The translations under genes were made by a program, and so were the position numbers. From contig NC_068987.1 of the NCBI RefSeq assembly GCF_001194135.2, positions 23,864,831-23,928,830 on the forward strand: 64,000 nt of DNA, given 5' to 3'. Below the pieces are notes generated by a model, which had not been told where the DNA came from, did no database searches, and saw only the letters and a program-made list of their open reading frames with translations. Positions within the stretch are counted from its first letter, which is position 1; every line of letters begins with the position of its first letter. Positions 1 through 15,060 of this stretch are shown here, piece by piece. This DNA comes from Octopus bimaculoides (taxonomy: Eukaryota).

Positions 1-3000
1 ACATTGAATAACTGCATACAGAACAGTTTCATTGCTCACTGTGCATTTTAAACAGGCTTGGCTAGCCACTAGTATTAGCATGTCTGAAGAGTAAATCTTG
101 AACCGGCAAAACTTAAAAATAGCACTGCAAGGCTAAGGATTTGGGGAAATTGACCCTGAGTTGAAAGTTCTCCAAAATAAACTGTTCAGATAATTTTGTC
201 AACAACCAGAATCTTCCCAAGAATGAAGTCAGTCTTTCCCCCTACATGATGTAATGATTGATATTTTAAAAGCTTCATTGCCTCAATAGTAGAGAAAGGT
301 GAGCATCTGGCAACATTCCAGATCCCAGGCCCCCAATCTTGGTCTTTACTTGACGAGCTGTGAGAATCATACCTCATACAGCAACCAAAGCTTACTTTCT
401 AAAGATCCCAGTCAAATGTCAAAATGTTACAACTCCAGTGCATGTCTGCACATTTATCAGCCAGAGTTTGTTTGAGATCTTTGTGCAGAGGGCACTCAAT
501 CAAAGATGACTTTTGGCTAAATAATAACAATGTATAATCCCAACTGCAGTTACCTCTCAGTAAAAGTAAATGACTCCTTGAGCACCAGGAACCAGTGCAT
601 AACCATAAATAATGGACAACAAAGTGTGAAGCAAAATTCATATTGCTGTAAACACAGAGAATGTGGAAACTAAGCAAACAAACATCATCATTTTAATATC
701 CACTTTTCCATGTTTACATGGATCAGATGAAGTTTATGGAAGATTTTTTTTTATATGGCTGGATGTCCTTCCTGCTGCCAACCTTCACTTGTTTCTGAGC
801 AAGGTAATATTTCCCCATGACAAGAAAGGATTTTGCAGAATATAGGAAATGAATGACACTGCTTGAATGATAGTGATACTCATTTACAACTAATCACATG
901 ATGGCAAAACAAGGACACACGCACACACACAAGCTTCATTCAGTTACCATCAGCCAAATATACTCACACAGCTTTGGTTAATCCAAGATTATAAACAAAG
1001 ACTCTTGCCCAAGGTGCCATGCAAGAGTGAACCTGAAACCATGAAGTTGGGAAGCAAACTTTTCAACACAGCCACGTTGAAAATGATAAACAGCCAAAAA
1101 GAAGACAGAACTAGAAGAAGGCTAAATATTTATCCTAAGTACTCAGCAAAGCAACCCATCATGAAGTAGATACTCAACTAATAAGTCATCACACACTAAA
1201 GTTTATCCTATTTTACTAAGTACATGTAGTGGCAGAAGCAACACATAACTCTGCTTACACAGTCACAATTAGAACTACATTAACAACTAATAAAACTACC
1301 TTTGTTGATTCAGAGTTACTTAGACATGTAAATTGTAAGCTTTAGAATCTCTGGGACAATTTTTTAATGAGATCAATCTGTCAGTTTGTCAGGCATTCTG
1401 TTTGTCTAATTATTTTTCTATGATTTTCTTTGCTCTTTCTCCTGCAGAAAATAGATGAAAATTTTGCCAAATAGATATGGGTTTTATGGATGTGCAAATC
1501 TGGATATTTGCATTAATTGTTGAAGTAAGTTTAAAGATGTTTTAAGTGTTGGAAACTCTTCAACTAAAGATGTGCTAGACAAGAAGTTGAAAAGTGGCTG
1601 ATCTTAACCTGTGGGAGGTTTATGTAGCTATTGTACAAGTCAATAGACACTTGAAATGATCTTAAACCTGGAAAAGTACAGCGATTTAAGGCTAAAACCT
1701 ACTACTTTCCAGCAAAATATTGAAGCAATAAATACTATTTACTAAATACATATTTCACATTAAATATTCCAACTACATCAATTTAATATGACTGTATTTT
1801 TATTGTTCAAATATTATTAAAAAGCAAAATGACACAAAAATGTGAAGGAATTTTTTTAAATCAAGAAATTTTCTTAATAATTATACTTTTTAATTTTATC
1901 TGAGATATTTACATGACAGAAGGTCAATAAGTTATCAACGAGGAAGAATAAAGGAGAATAATCCTCAGTCCAGGAGCCCAACTTGATAGCCTGCAACACT
2001 GTGGCCTATCCTGAAAGAACCCCATAGTTTAGGTGGTGGTGTTAAACTCAGGAACAACAGTCTCTCTGGCAGATATCCATAGTTTCCATCCATCAAATTT
2101 CACTCACAACATACTGGACCACCCAACGCTACAGTAGAACATACTTTCCCACTTTCTGATTGAACCCACAACTAACTTCTCAACCACACAGCAATGCCTG
2201 CACCCAATAAGTGAAGATCAAGTGGAATCTATCTTCAGTTGGTGTCATTATATCTTTTATCTATTATTTGATTCAGTCATTAGACTGCAGTCATGCTGGG
2301 GCACTGCCTTGAAAAATTTCAACCCCAGTATTCATTTTTTTAAACTCTGATATTTATTCTATTTAGCCAAATTGCTAATTTATGGGAATGTAAACACACA
2401 CACACCAACACCAATTTTCAAGTTTGAAGTTGTGTACAGATTTTATATATTAAGACAAAGGATGTAGACAGAATTTTGGATAATAATTTATTTAGCACTT
2501 TCATCTCATTTTGAAGAATCATCAGATTTAGGACCCCATGTTGTATGTTTTCTTTTTGTCCAGTTTGTTAATCTTTGTAATACTAAGTTCAAATCTAGCC
2601 ATGGTCAACTTTATCTTTCATCCTTTCAGGTTAGAGCACCAAACAGGATACTTTATAGTATTTGTTCCAGCTCTCTGTATTCTGGTACCAATACCTGCAA
2701 CAACACTAGTGTCAGCTTTGCCTTTCCTTTAAAAAAAACATGTGACATAGAGAGGGGAGACTAATGAGCATAGGTAACTGTGAGTGTGCCACAAAATCCT
2801 TGTCTAGGCTTGCACCTTGATACAGGTGCAGATATAGGGTCAACCCAGAGCAACAGAGGCCTTAGATATAATCAGTGTGTAGTATCTAAATAGATCAATA
2901 ATGCTAGAGTCATATATCAGCTCTAAGGAGGAGGAGAGTGGTATTCAAATATGATGAGATATAAACAGAGAAGACCAGGTTATCATGTCAGGTATAAGTA

Positions 3001-4315
3001 GGGAAAAAAATAATATAATGATTAGAAAAGGCAATTAGCAAGATGCTACAAAGTCATTAGCCTAAACACTAATCATTGATCAATACTGAATCAAGGTAAT
3101 AGACTGGCAAGAACTGTTACTCTGTTGGACAAAATGGTTTGTAGAGTTTAGTGTCAGCACTTTATATTTTCAGTTGGAAGCCAGCTCATGGTGTGGCTGT
3201 ACGGTTAAGAAGATTAAGGTTCAATCTGATTGCATGATATTGGTAGCAGGAAACTGGAAGAAGCACATTGTGCATGTGTATGTGTATATATATATATATG
3301 ACATTTATCATATAAAGATTTTAATCTAGGTGCTTCTATTGCCTAATTTGAATTGTGTGTATGTGTGTGCATATCTTGTCTTGACATCATACAGGAGCAA
3401 TGTTGTTCATTACTAGTCTTCCATGAAAAACATGCCTGACCATGGGGAAATATGACTTTGCTTGAAAGCAGGTGAGAGTTGATAACAGGAAGGGCATCTG
3501 ATCATAGAAAATCTGCCTCAATGAATTCCAACTGGCTCATGTAAGCATGGAAAAGTAAAAGAAAAGTTAAAAAGTTCAAACAGAGGCTATGGCCTGCACT
3601 TTAAAGGTGGATGAAGGTGTACACTGCCAAAAGCCACAATATTCCTCTAAAGATCAGCAACCCAAGTTATTATAAGCAAAACAGAATCCAAAAACTCTGT
3701 ATTCAGTGATATGACAGAATAAATAACTATTTTCATCATCATTAGTTTATGTCTGCTATCTACATTGGCATGGGTTGGACAGTTCAATGGAGTCCAACAA
3801 GTCAAGGGCTGCATAATGTTCCAATGTCTCCATTTTACAATAGTTACTAACACACTTGTGTTCAAGTGAATGCAAAACCAATATTCTGAACATGTAATTT
3901 CATTGATATTTGTTTATAAACTAATTATAAAATGAAAGTAAATAAAAAGATCCTAGTAACTTCTTGTAGACAGCAACAATAGATATCATCTTCATCTCAC
4001 CTGATAAGGTCTGTATTAATGAACAAATATAAAGAAACTAAACGTGTAATTCCAACAGCTAACAGAAGAACATTACATACATTGGTTCTAATCTGAGGAG
4101 TTTAAACATAGACTAAGTAGCAACTGTTTTTTAGGGGAAGAGGGTATTGCCAAGAACTACACTGTCCAATGTGTTCTTTTATGATCAAAAGCATTCCCGC
4201 CATCACCATTTGGGATGGGGTGCATTATGTATCTAGGGCTGCATTATTTAACACTAGGACTATAAATTATAGGTTGTTTGCACCAACTGTAAAAAAAATA
4301 ATAAATTACATACCA

Positions 4316-5263
4316 CCTATAAGGACCACATGTGTCAATTGATGCATTGGCAACTTTTGAAACTTGCATCTGCTTTTCTTTATAGATACATGTGACAACG
4401 TTTTAGATATTCAGTAATTGCATAGCCTTTACAGCTTGCAAAACAAAACTGCAGTTTAGTTGGCATAATTCATTAGAATAGAAGAGAATTACCAGAAGCA
4501 GTAAAACAGGTGAAACCACTCCATGAAACTGGTTTTGAAATCTACAGAGAAGCCTACTGTCACACTTAAATTGCACCAGTGCAAAAAATCAAAGTCTGTT
4601 GTTGTTTTGAGTACCATACATCAATATGTATAAGTTCCTTCTGAAAATAACCCCAAGAAGAAGCCTGGCACCATACTTTTTTATAACAAAAATAAGGTAA
4701 ATGTAGATGTAAATAATAAGGCTTTATTCAGTAAAAGCAAGCAGTGGATGATGGCCAATGCACATATGTTTTTTTTTTTTTTATAATATTTTGGATGTTG
4801 CTCTTATAAACAGCTGGGTAATATACACAAGTGTTTGCAACCCAGTCATTAGTTGACACGAATATATTCAAAGAGTTACTGAAAAACTTTGTGGTGATTC
4901 ACTTCACAGTCGTTCATGTCCCATTGAGGAAACATCTACCACTAGAAATAAAGTCAGATGTACATGTGTGAAAACAAAATGCAGAAACAGAACCACAGAA
5001 ATATATGGAGTTTGTAAAAAACTCTGTGTGGCAAATGTGCACTAAAATGTTGTGATGAACATTTACAATTTCTATAAATTTCTTTTTATTTTGTAAGGAA
5101 AAACTTCTTTCAAAATATCAAACTATTGCGATTACAATCATCATGAAGTCATAAAATTCAATAGATTTGTACATTTAATAAAGGTTTTTTACCTCTCTTT
5201 TTCTTTTTCCTTTCAAATTGGAAAACATCTGTGAGTCAATTGACGCATTCTAGTCCTTAAAGG
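4316..5263 (+). mobile_element. Internally deleted, decayed piggyBac (PGBD4-like) element
   Basis: Imperfect TIRs CCTATAAGGACCACATGTGTCAATTGA (4316) and reverse complement CCTTTAAGGACTAGAATGCGTCAATTGA (ending 5263). Frameshifted transposase C-terminus NPKKKPGTILFYNKNK / WPMH / FYNILDVALINSWVIY..EYIQRVTEKLCG, then a Cys-rich tail (KCRNRTTEI..VCKK). TTAA flanks are degenerate. Confidence 0.8.
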
Positions 5264-7789
5264 TAAGTGAAAAGTCTGATCCTTCTAGTGTTAATGTATT
5301 CTTTCTTATTAAGATAGTATGGTGTAATTGAGCGAGATTTAGCTGTTGTTCTCAGCAAACCAAGCAACTACACACAGGCTCATGTCTTGGTTTACAAAGC
5401 TAGAATTTTTTTTAACAGCTTTCCCAAGGTCATTAATTAGACAAGTAAAATTGTCTCAAATCACGTCACAAAGTTCTGGTGGCTATCGACTTTCTTTTAT
5501 TATAACATTTATGAACCAGTATTATAACAATGGTTTCTGAAATAGTTTATCCTGGTTTTGATAGCATGAAGTCATTCAATAACATTTTCTAGAATGTCAG
5601 TCTATTGTAGGTTTGATTTAGGGGGCAATTTGAACTGAGAACCATTAGTTAGCAAAACACTCTGCTTTTATATGGTATCCCTGTTGTTTGTAGTCACGTA
5701 CCATACCTACTTATGATATTTATTTATTTTTTGGACGAATTGTGGGCTGAAAACTGAGAGCTAACAAAACACCAGTGTCCCAGCTGTTTGCAGTGACATG
5801 TCCATATCTCAATAACCTAGGTCATAAACACAGCACCATTATGGAATAAGACACAGGACCTTTGACCTCAGTCTATGGACAAACCACTTGGTAACTTTAC
5901 TAGCTGCAACTGTCAGTCATATGACCTGCTTGAGAAACAAAACACACTAATAAACACAAATTGTTCTTAACATCTGTATTTGAAATTGAAAGAAATTAGA
6001 TACCATACATCTAAATTACCAACTATGTCTGGGAAAAAAGAGTGGATGGTTCTGGTTGAAATGACTTTCAATCATAGGGTTGCTTTATTAAAAAGTAACC
6101 TTGGGATAAACAACATCCCCTGTTAATTGCCTCCTCCCCTATGACTTTCTTTAATTGCATTGTTGTTCAACTCCAGGTCAGTCCTGATGAAGCAGACCTG
6201 TGATCAAAGGCATTTCACTCATAATCATCCTGTCTTTTCTCTTTGTACAGAGAATGCAGGACCACATTTCCAGTACGTCTCTTTTTTTCTGATATGAGAG
6301 AGATTTGGCTGCTACTTCTAGCATATTAAGTAACTATGCAGAGGTTTGTTCCTGCAATTCTTGTTGGACATAAGGAGTATGCTAAAAAATGAAGAGGACA
6401 CTGCATGTGAGAGGTAACAAACATCTCAACCAATCAAAATAGTTGTAAGCAGGCCAGCATTAAACTACAAAGTTAATGTTTGATGCTTTCAAACTTGTGT
6501 ACTTAGGTTTCTATCTTTGTTAGTGGTAGTGTAAAATAAACTATTATGACTAACAATTGGAATAGGACTGGATAGGGTCACAAGTGATCAAGTCAAGGAT
6601 CCCAGGTAGGGATCTATAGTATGAGATTGAAAGGTCGAAACTGAAGGGGTTTGAACTAACTATTGATCTAAACAACTTATGAACCATTTAAACTATGTTG
6701 TGACCTTAATCAAGCAGATCTATGAACAAAAGAAGTCCAGTCACAACCAGCACACTTATTTGTTAAGAATAGTGTATTCAGACTACATCATAATCGATGT
6801 CCTATTTAAGACAATAGGTTGTGGCTTGAGAGAGAAATATTGTTTACTATTTCCAGCATGTCAGAGTTTGATATTTGAATTTTGTGGTTTGGATCAATGG
6901 AAACTAAATTTTAAACTAATGTCTGTATGACCTTTCTTTCAACAGCTGCTATTTTAGTTATTACTAGCTGTTACACTTGTGGCAAAAGTGTTATTATTAT
7001 TACGACTGTAGTTGCACTTATTACAGTAAAAGTCTTGGCAGTAGTGCTGCAGCAGTTGTATGTCAATCTGCAGGTTTCCAGCTGATGCATTTTTACACAA
7101 TCTTCTATAACCTGTTTTTATGTCAACAGCTGGTGTATATCACCTCACTTCCCTATATGTGTCCCTTTGCACACACATGCACACACACACACACTCTCTC
7201 TCTTTCTCTCCCTCATGCTTCCTCCTTTCACTCCCTCTTATTCTCACCCACTCATCCTTTTCTCCCTCCCTTCCACTTACATACACTTTCCTTTCTATTG
7301 TAGAATGGTGCTTCCATGTGAGAAGTCTGTTTATTCCAGTTATGTCTCATGACAGTAGATGGGCCAAGAGGAGGAACCTGTACCGTACTGACTATACTGA
7401 AGAGGAATACATTGCTAGACTGTATAATGGTAACCAGAAAGATTAACACCAGCTAAACATTTATTGATATATATATGCAGGAGGAGGAACAGTCCAATTG
7501 GTATGGTTATGCAGTGATATTGTAATACCTTTATGATTAGATTTTACTTATAGAAATATTTTCCACCACAATCCTCATCATCATCCTCACCAATAGATTT
7601 AGAAACTATCTAGCACACCTCATGTAGGCTATTTTGTTTCAGGTTCATCATGACCAACATTTTTCATAATAGCACAAATTAAACTGGTTAATAACATTCA
7701 GCACCTCTTGCTGTATCTCACTGCTTCATTATTTCATCTTTGGGGCCCAGTGTTCTGAGATATGACCTAACTACTCTCTTTATGAAAGT

Positions 7790-8104
7790 GTTGTACATCA
7801 TCTCACTCAATATGCACTCAACAAGCCATTGTATAGCCATCCTTACAGATGTCCCGTTGTCTATCCAACCTTACCAGCATCTTGATGTGTATCAAATCCT
7901 CACTGACAGACTGTTGCATATCCATCCTCACTAATATCCTGTTGTATATCTGACCATCACTGACATTATGTTGTATATCTGACCATCACTGACATCCTGT
8001 TGCATATTGAACCCTCACTGATGTACAGTTGTATAACCAACCATCACTGACACATAGTTGTACATCCAACCCTCACTAACATACAGTTGTATATCCAACC
8101 CCGA
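7790..8104. repeat. Minisatellite, ~29-bp unit (GTTGTATATCYRACCMTCACTGACATMCW), ~11 degenerate copies
   Basis: Unit starts at 7913, 7941, 7970, 7999, 8028, 8057 and 8086 (period 28-29), with more decayed units upstream. Confidence 0.85.
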
Positions 8105-8983
8105 TTCAGTTTAAGTATGTACATAAAAAAAAAAGAATGAAACCCAAAATAGTGCGAGTCAGTTGGAACTGAACCTACATTCCTTTAATAATTCATTCCA
8201 GTACACTACCAGCATCATAATGGCTTTTTAAAAAGTTTCCAGTCACATTTCTAAGCACATTCATATTTCTTTCCTATTAAGTTCATGCCTGCCCCACCCC
8301 CACCTCCCCAGTCTCCCTCTCTCTCTCTCTCACACACACACAGCTTCATTGTGTAAGTGCTGTGCAACAATAGGAACTAGTCCTGTTTCTTTCTTAGTTT
8401 TAAAAATTTAACATCAATAACAATGCTGCCACCATCTATCATACTCAATGATGATCATCACCACCGCCTTCATTGTCAATATTAATATTACAGTCAACAA
8501 CACTGAGTCCCATGGCAACATGCATCAGCATTGTCACTAATATCTTCATTAGCACAGCAATGATTATTCTCACCATCACCACTATTGTTGTTGATAGAAA
8601 GGACATCACCACCAGCAACAGCAGTATTACTACAGAATGGTCTATGTATAAATAACTTTATAAATTTCAGCTGGAGAGGGTGCATGAGGTATTTTAAAAT
8701 TCAATGCATATTTAATTAGCTTTTTAATATTATTAATAAAAAATGGAAATCAACAATGTTATTCTTATGGTTTTTATAGTTATTGGTATTAGCATTCTTA
8801 AATGAAACAAAAAAACTAAACAATAAAAATAACACAAATTGGTTTCAGTCACTGCTAAAAACATTTAGTATTTAGGTCAGACATTGCTATATTTTTAGTC
8901 TGTTGAACATTACATAATTACCAACCACACTGGTTGTAAACATTGAATTATTTTGACTACTTGCACATCACCANNNNNNNNNN

Positions 8984-9021
<38 letters not shown>

Positions 9022-12000
9022 ATCAAACATAGATGCATAAGTTTAACAGCTGGTATAGGTCTGTCTGATCAGACCTAGAATTATCACACAGCTACTGAGT
9101 AGTTAACTACTGGAGGGTATATTATCCAGAAATATAATATTACATAAACTCCCAAGAGACCAAAGGAGTATCAGACAACTGTAGAAGTTTCATTCACAAC
9201 AAAATCAGTCGAAAACAAAGTGTTGTACTTTATCTTTTCTATTACATGTCATTTAATTGCCCAACTCTTAAAAGAGTTTTTTTTTTTTTTTATGCAGAGT
9301 ATTTGGACTTGCACTCATCTAGCAAGTGACTGTGTTGAACCTGAAGCACATTTAACAACTCCATGTATCAACCCTTTTGTTACCATACTGTCATTGAAAA
9401 ACACTGCTTTTTGCCTTTTTCACCATTAACTTTGAAAATAATAAATAGGCACAGGCACGGTTGTGTGGTTAAGAAGTTGGTTTCCCAACCAAATGGTTTC
9501 AGGCTCGGTCCCACAGCAAACCTTTACAATGTTTACAGTTGTCATTGTTTAGCACCAGGTCTACCCAGATTGAGCTGGCATATGATCAACAGTGTTACAG
9601 CTGTGACAATTTAATCTAATATTCAGACATAATATATCTAGGATTATATTACAGAATGATTCAATGTTTCTTTCCAGGTTTAATTCTTTTGTAACTATAT
9701 TTCCATTGAGATATACTATCTTTGCTTCAATTTTTATAATTAAGGAGAATATAATAAAATAACTTTGTAATAATTAAGCTGGTGTTTGGAGCAAATGAGC
9801 ATGTAATCTTGATGGAAGATTTTAATTTAGATCACTTTAAAACAGGAAGTTGGTGTCATAGAACCTAGGACGGTATCAAAAAGGTTAAGATGGTAGTGTA
9901 ACTAGGGGAGATTTCGCTGCTATTTCTAGCAAGTCAAACAAGCCCCCTCATCTAACTTCTGAGGTCTTTCTTTTGAAAATGTGTTTTATGGTTGGCAACC
10001 TTTCTTCATGCCTTATCACGAGAACAAAATGGGATTGATAGTTTTTTGGTTTATTCATTCTGCTTTTGTGTTTGGCTAAACTGTTTGGTTGACCTCATCC
10101 CTGGTAGTCCAGCAACCATGGACACACAACAGCTGTGCTTTTAGTTTAACTGACCATTAATCTTTAATACTGAACTAATCTGTAATCACTCACAAACATT
10201 TTGATGGCAAAGTATTTTGTTACAGATGACGTTTTTTTAAAAGTTCTCTGACCTCAGGCCTGAGTAGTGAATAGACTTATTGACCATTCACACTATACTT
10301 TGATCATTGCTTCAAACAGACATTTAACAGTTTTCCTTTGTTCTCTGCTTGGGATCAACAACTTACCTATCAAGCTCATTCTTATAGTCTAACTGGATAT
10401 TAAGATTTTGTGTTTACCTTTTTTAAACTTGCATTTGCTGGCAGTACACAGCATAATAGCTTCCATTAAAATTATAAATAACTATATTCTGTTACAGCAA
10501 GAACCTTTGTAGGCATTTAATAACACACAAAGCTATTAACTCTTTTGATACCAAAATGCCTGACTGCTCCTGGTTCTCTGATACATCTTCCTATTTTAAA
10601 TTGCTCTAGATTTTAAAAAAATCTTCCATCAAAATTTCATGTTAATGTTCCAAACATGAGCTTCGTAATAAAAGATTTTCAAATTTAATTGTAACAAAGA
10701 CAGTGTATTTCAACAGCAATGTTTAGTCTCTCGATTCATGTGAATCTTCATATAGATTTTATATGAGATGTAGTGTTTTATAAAGTGAAATTGCTGAGAA
10801 GTTCACTTTTTAGGCAACATCATTCCTCAGGGAGTTTCTAGCCTGGCTGAAGTTTTCAAATTTAACTTCATACAAGAACCATCTCTAACCACTTAACTTT
10901 TTTTATATCAACCCACCTCAGACTGCCCTGGTTCTATGATACAAATATACTGTCTTGAAGGGATTTAAATTAAAACCTTCCATCAGAGTTTATATGTCAT
11001 TTTATGTTCCAAACACCAGCTTAATAATGAAAGCTATTTTATTTCATGCTTGCATGGGTTGAATAAAGTTTATTCAGGCAGATTTTCTGTAGCCAGATGC
11101 CCTTCCTGTTACCAAGCAATGTAATATTTCACCATGGCCAGACATTTTTTTTGCAGATTATTGAAAATGAATGATATTGCTTGTATGATAGTGACAATCA
11201 TAACTATTCATGTGATGTCAAAACTAGTAGTTACAAACATACACACACATATACATATATATTATTATTTCCCTTAGGCATAGAGATACTAATAACCTGA
11301 TGTCAGAATTCAATATACACATGCTTCAGAACAAAGCATCAGTTGAGTATAGAGCAGTAATAAGAAAATTAAAATGACAAAGAAACAAGAAATTACGTCA
11401 TGAACTTTATGAGATTACAATTGCTTCTGCTTCAAGATGCAATAGAGCGATACACAAATGCTCAACTGAATATATAGCATCTCAGAGCAGAAACAGCTGT
11501 AAGCTAATGAAATTCATGACAATGTTTTATTTCCTTGTCATTTTAATTTACATAAAATATATACACACACACACCAGACTTATTACAGTTTTTCACAACC
11601 AAATCCACTCACAAGACTTTGGTCAACCCAGGGCCATAGTAGAAGAGATGTGCCCAAGGTGCCACACAGCTATGCTCCTACACAAATATAACTGTTTCTT
11701 TGTATTAATAGTCAAATAGCGGCAGACCTTGCTATCAATTTCCTACTTCAATGTTAATGATTAAAACACTTGAGTATTGCTGTTGTTGTTGTTATGGTAG
11801 TAATAGTTGCTATTGCTGTCTCAACAGGAAGCAGAATTAATGAGTGTTCCTATGTAAAATTGATAATTGTGTGTGCGTATGTGTGTATGTATACATGCAT
11901 CTTAATTATGTTCTTGTGGTTAAATATGTAGCTATATTAGTGTGTTTACCATTTGTTGATGCACACTATCATGAGTTTTCTAGAATACTGCTGTTTCAGA

Positions 12001-13376
12001 CATATGTGTGTGCATGTAGATGAGTGTATACGTATTCATGTGTGTGTGTATTTATAAATAACAATACTAGAGTTTATTAACATAAGAGTAGGAAATTGGT
12101 AGTTTGAGTAATAGGAAGAAATATAATGTATGTTCGTGTGCATGTGTGTATATATGTGCATGTATACATACATATATATACAAAATGAAAGAAGCTAAGA
12201 GACAGTAACTCCAAAGAGACCAATGACATGAACTTGGATTACGAAGTCAATGGGGAATATACTGGATACTGTATATGATAAATTCTTAATTCATTAAAAC
12301 TTCTCTCCTGGACAGAGAAAGCAAATAAAAGCCTAGTGAGCATTGCTAGCAACTGTGAATGAGAAGAAGAGACAATTTTAAGAAATTAGCAAATTTCACG
12401 ATTCAATTAACATTCTTAAGAAAAAAGACAGTTTGATTTTTACTTCAGAGAAGTGGGAGAGCTTTTCAGCCTCGGTTTGGCCACATAGACAAATCATTAA
12501 CATCATTGCATGATTATTTGTTATCTACTTTCTATGTCTGTAAGGTGTAGGGGTTGGACAGCTCATTGCTACATTCTGAGGACTGGAGTACCACATCTCA
12601 CTGGTAAATTTTACTTTTGGTTTGGTTTCTATGGCTGGTTGCCTTTATTAACACCAGCCACCTTACCTAGTTTTTATCATGGCACCAGCTCCAAGGAGAT
12701 TGTCATGTCTTCAACAAGACCAAAGGAAATATACCCAATGCAATCTGTTAAGTGTGGGGTTGATTCCACACTTAACTGATTACACTGGGTATATTTTACA
12801 TGGTACAAGCTCTGGAGAGGGTAGAGGTGAGATGTGAAGAATAAGTAAGAAGTGGATAAATGATGAAGGTGGATGAGGATTGCCAACACCAAATAGCCTA
12901 AGAAGGAGTATAGGTAAAGTGTATGGAGTATATGCATATGTGGTGATGTCCCTTAAGCAAATGTCTCACAAAAGGTGAGCAAGGGCTTTAAGGATATGAG
13001 AGAAGGGATGGAATGTCTGTGAGATGATCATATAGGTGCAGTGAATAATATTGGTACATGCATGTGTATGTATGTGTGTGCATGTGTAAGTATGTGTATG
13101 TATGTAAAAAAGTGAGAGAGGTGAGGTGGAGTGTTTATGAGAGGATCATATAGGTAGCATCCTCAATTATACTGGAAATACTATGTTGAAAAGAGATGAT
13201 CAACTGTTCATTTAAGTCACACTGGTAGCATAGTACAGTAAGACAGAAGAAAACTGTAACTGAGAAATGAGCAATAAGGGGCATGAGAGATAAAGGCTTG
13301 AGTGATCACGACATGTGTGTGTAGATTTGTAGATTTTCTACTTGGCAAGCACTGTCAATCATCCTATGTATGTGTG

Positions 13377-13430
<54 letters not shown>

Positions 13431-13909
13431 CATACATAGACACACACACACATATATACATACACATATATATACACATACTTGCACACATATACATGTA
13501 TTTGTGTCTGTGATTATATAGTATGTCTGTATATATTTTTACATATAAATTTGTATTTGTGATGAGTAATGTGTATGCATTATATAAACAATCTGAAAAT
13601 CTTTCCAAAGTTCAAGAATTTCATAATGGTAGCCAAGAATGAAGTCAATGGAAGTGTGTGAGAGGGGAAGATGAAACAAAAACATTGCTAGATAATCCTA
13701 CATCTTGCTGTTTTGTTCAGCCCCAAGGTGGTATTGACCAAGCAAACCTATGATCATTCAGATAGATGATAGACACTGCCATTGTTTCAATTAATTTTGA
13801 AAAATGAAGAATTTAGTAAAATAACTTTGTGGGTGAATTTGGTACATGGAATCTGAAAGAAGCCCACTTATATACATACAGACATCATACATACATACAT
13901 ATTTATATA

Positions 13910-15060
13910 CAGGGGTTGGACAAAATAATGGAAACACCTAGCATCAAAGCATTATAATTTTGAAGTATCTATAAAACCATCAAAAGCTTGTTTATTTTTA
14001 TGTTTTTTGATTTACTATTAGTATTGCTTAATATGTTTTGCTAAGATTACTGTTTCTTTTCAGATATCATCAGAAAAAGTAATTAAAATTCATTAAAATG
14101 ACAGATCTATCAGACTTTCAAAGAGGTCAAATTGTTGGTGCCTTGTATGGCAGGCGCTAGTGTTACAAAAACAGATGAAATGTTTGGTGTATCAAGAAGT
14201 ACTGTCTTGAAAGTAATGACAGCCTTTGAAAGAGGGAAAAAACCTCCTCATCGAAACAAAACTCCGGAAGAAAACCAAAACTTTCTGATAGGGACCATCA
14301 GACTGTTCCGCAAATTGTTAGAAAGGATCACAAAAGTACAGCTCCCAAAATTACTGCAGAGCTTAATGACCACCTTGAGAACCCAGTTTCCACAAAAACT
14401 ATTCGTCGGGAGCTGCACAAAGCCAGATTTCACAGGAGGGTTGCAATCAGAAAACCACTACTTTCAAAAACAAACGTTGCAAAGCATTTAGAGTGGAGTA
14501 AAAACCGATAGAATTGGTCCCTAGAGCAGTGGAAGAATGTTATTTTCTCAGACAAGTCATCCTTTACCTTATTTCCGACCACGGGCCAAGTATAGGTGTG
14601 GAGACAGCCAAAAGAAGCATTTGATCCAGACAGCCTTCTTCCAAATGTTAAACATGGAGGAGGGTCTGTGATAATCTGGGGCACTATATCTTGGAAATCC
14701 ACCGACCCAATGGTTTCCCTTCAAGGCAGAATTAATAGTCAACACTACTTAAGCATTTTATCTGATCAAATTCATCCTATGGTTGCGGAACTGTTTCCAA
14801 AGGGAAACGCAATCTTTCAGGATGATAATGCACCAATTCACATAGCTAAAGTTGTTACTGAATGGCACGAGGAACATTCTAGTGAAGTTGAACATCTTAT
14901 CTGGCCACGACAGTCCCCAGATCTCAATATTATTGAACATTTATGGTGCATTTTAGAAAAACAAGGAGTCGATATCTTCCACCATCATCACTACAAGAAC
15001 TGGAGACTGTTCTAGCTGAAGAATGGACAAAAATTCCTTTGGAAACAATTCCAACTTTGT
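13910..15060 (+). mobile_element. Tc1-like (DD34E) transposon, frameshifted, 3' end lost in assembly gap
   Basis: TA followed by TIR CAGGGGTTGGACAAAATAATGGAAACAC at 13910. ATG 14098 gives MTDLSDFQRGQIVGA. Catalytic motifs FSDKSSF, WGTIS, IFQDDNAPIH and SPDLNIIEHLW are split over several frames. Confidence 0.95.

Noticed and set aside
78-125. Hammerhead candidate CTGAAGAG..GGCAAAAC
   Set aside because: No convincing stem I or stem II pairing.
7330-7446. Short ORF MSHDSRWAKRRNLYRTDYTEEEYIARLYNGNQKD
   Set aside because: No recognisable family, no splice signals, preceded by simple repeats.
7790-8104. CRISPR-like array
   Set aside because: Contiguous tandem units without unique spacers, in a eukaryotic context with no cas genes.
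10361-10400. Possible SLAIN exon 2 ending in AG|GTAAGT on the minus strand
   Set aside because: Very short, in-frame stop just upstream, no SLAIN motif.
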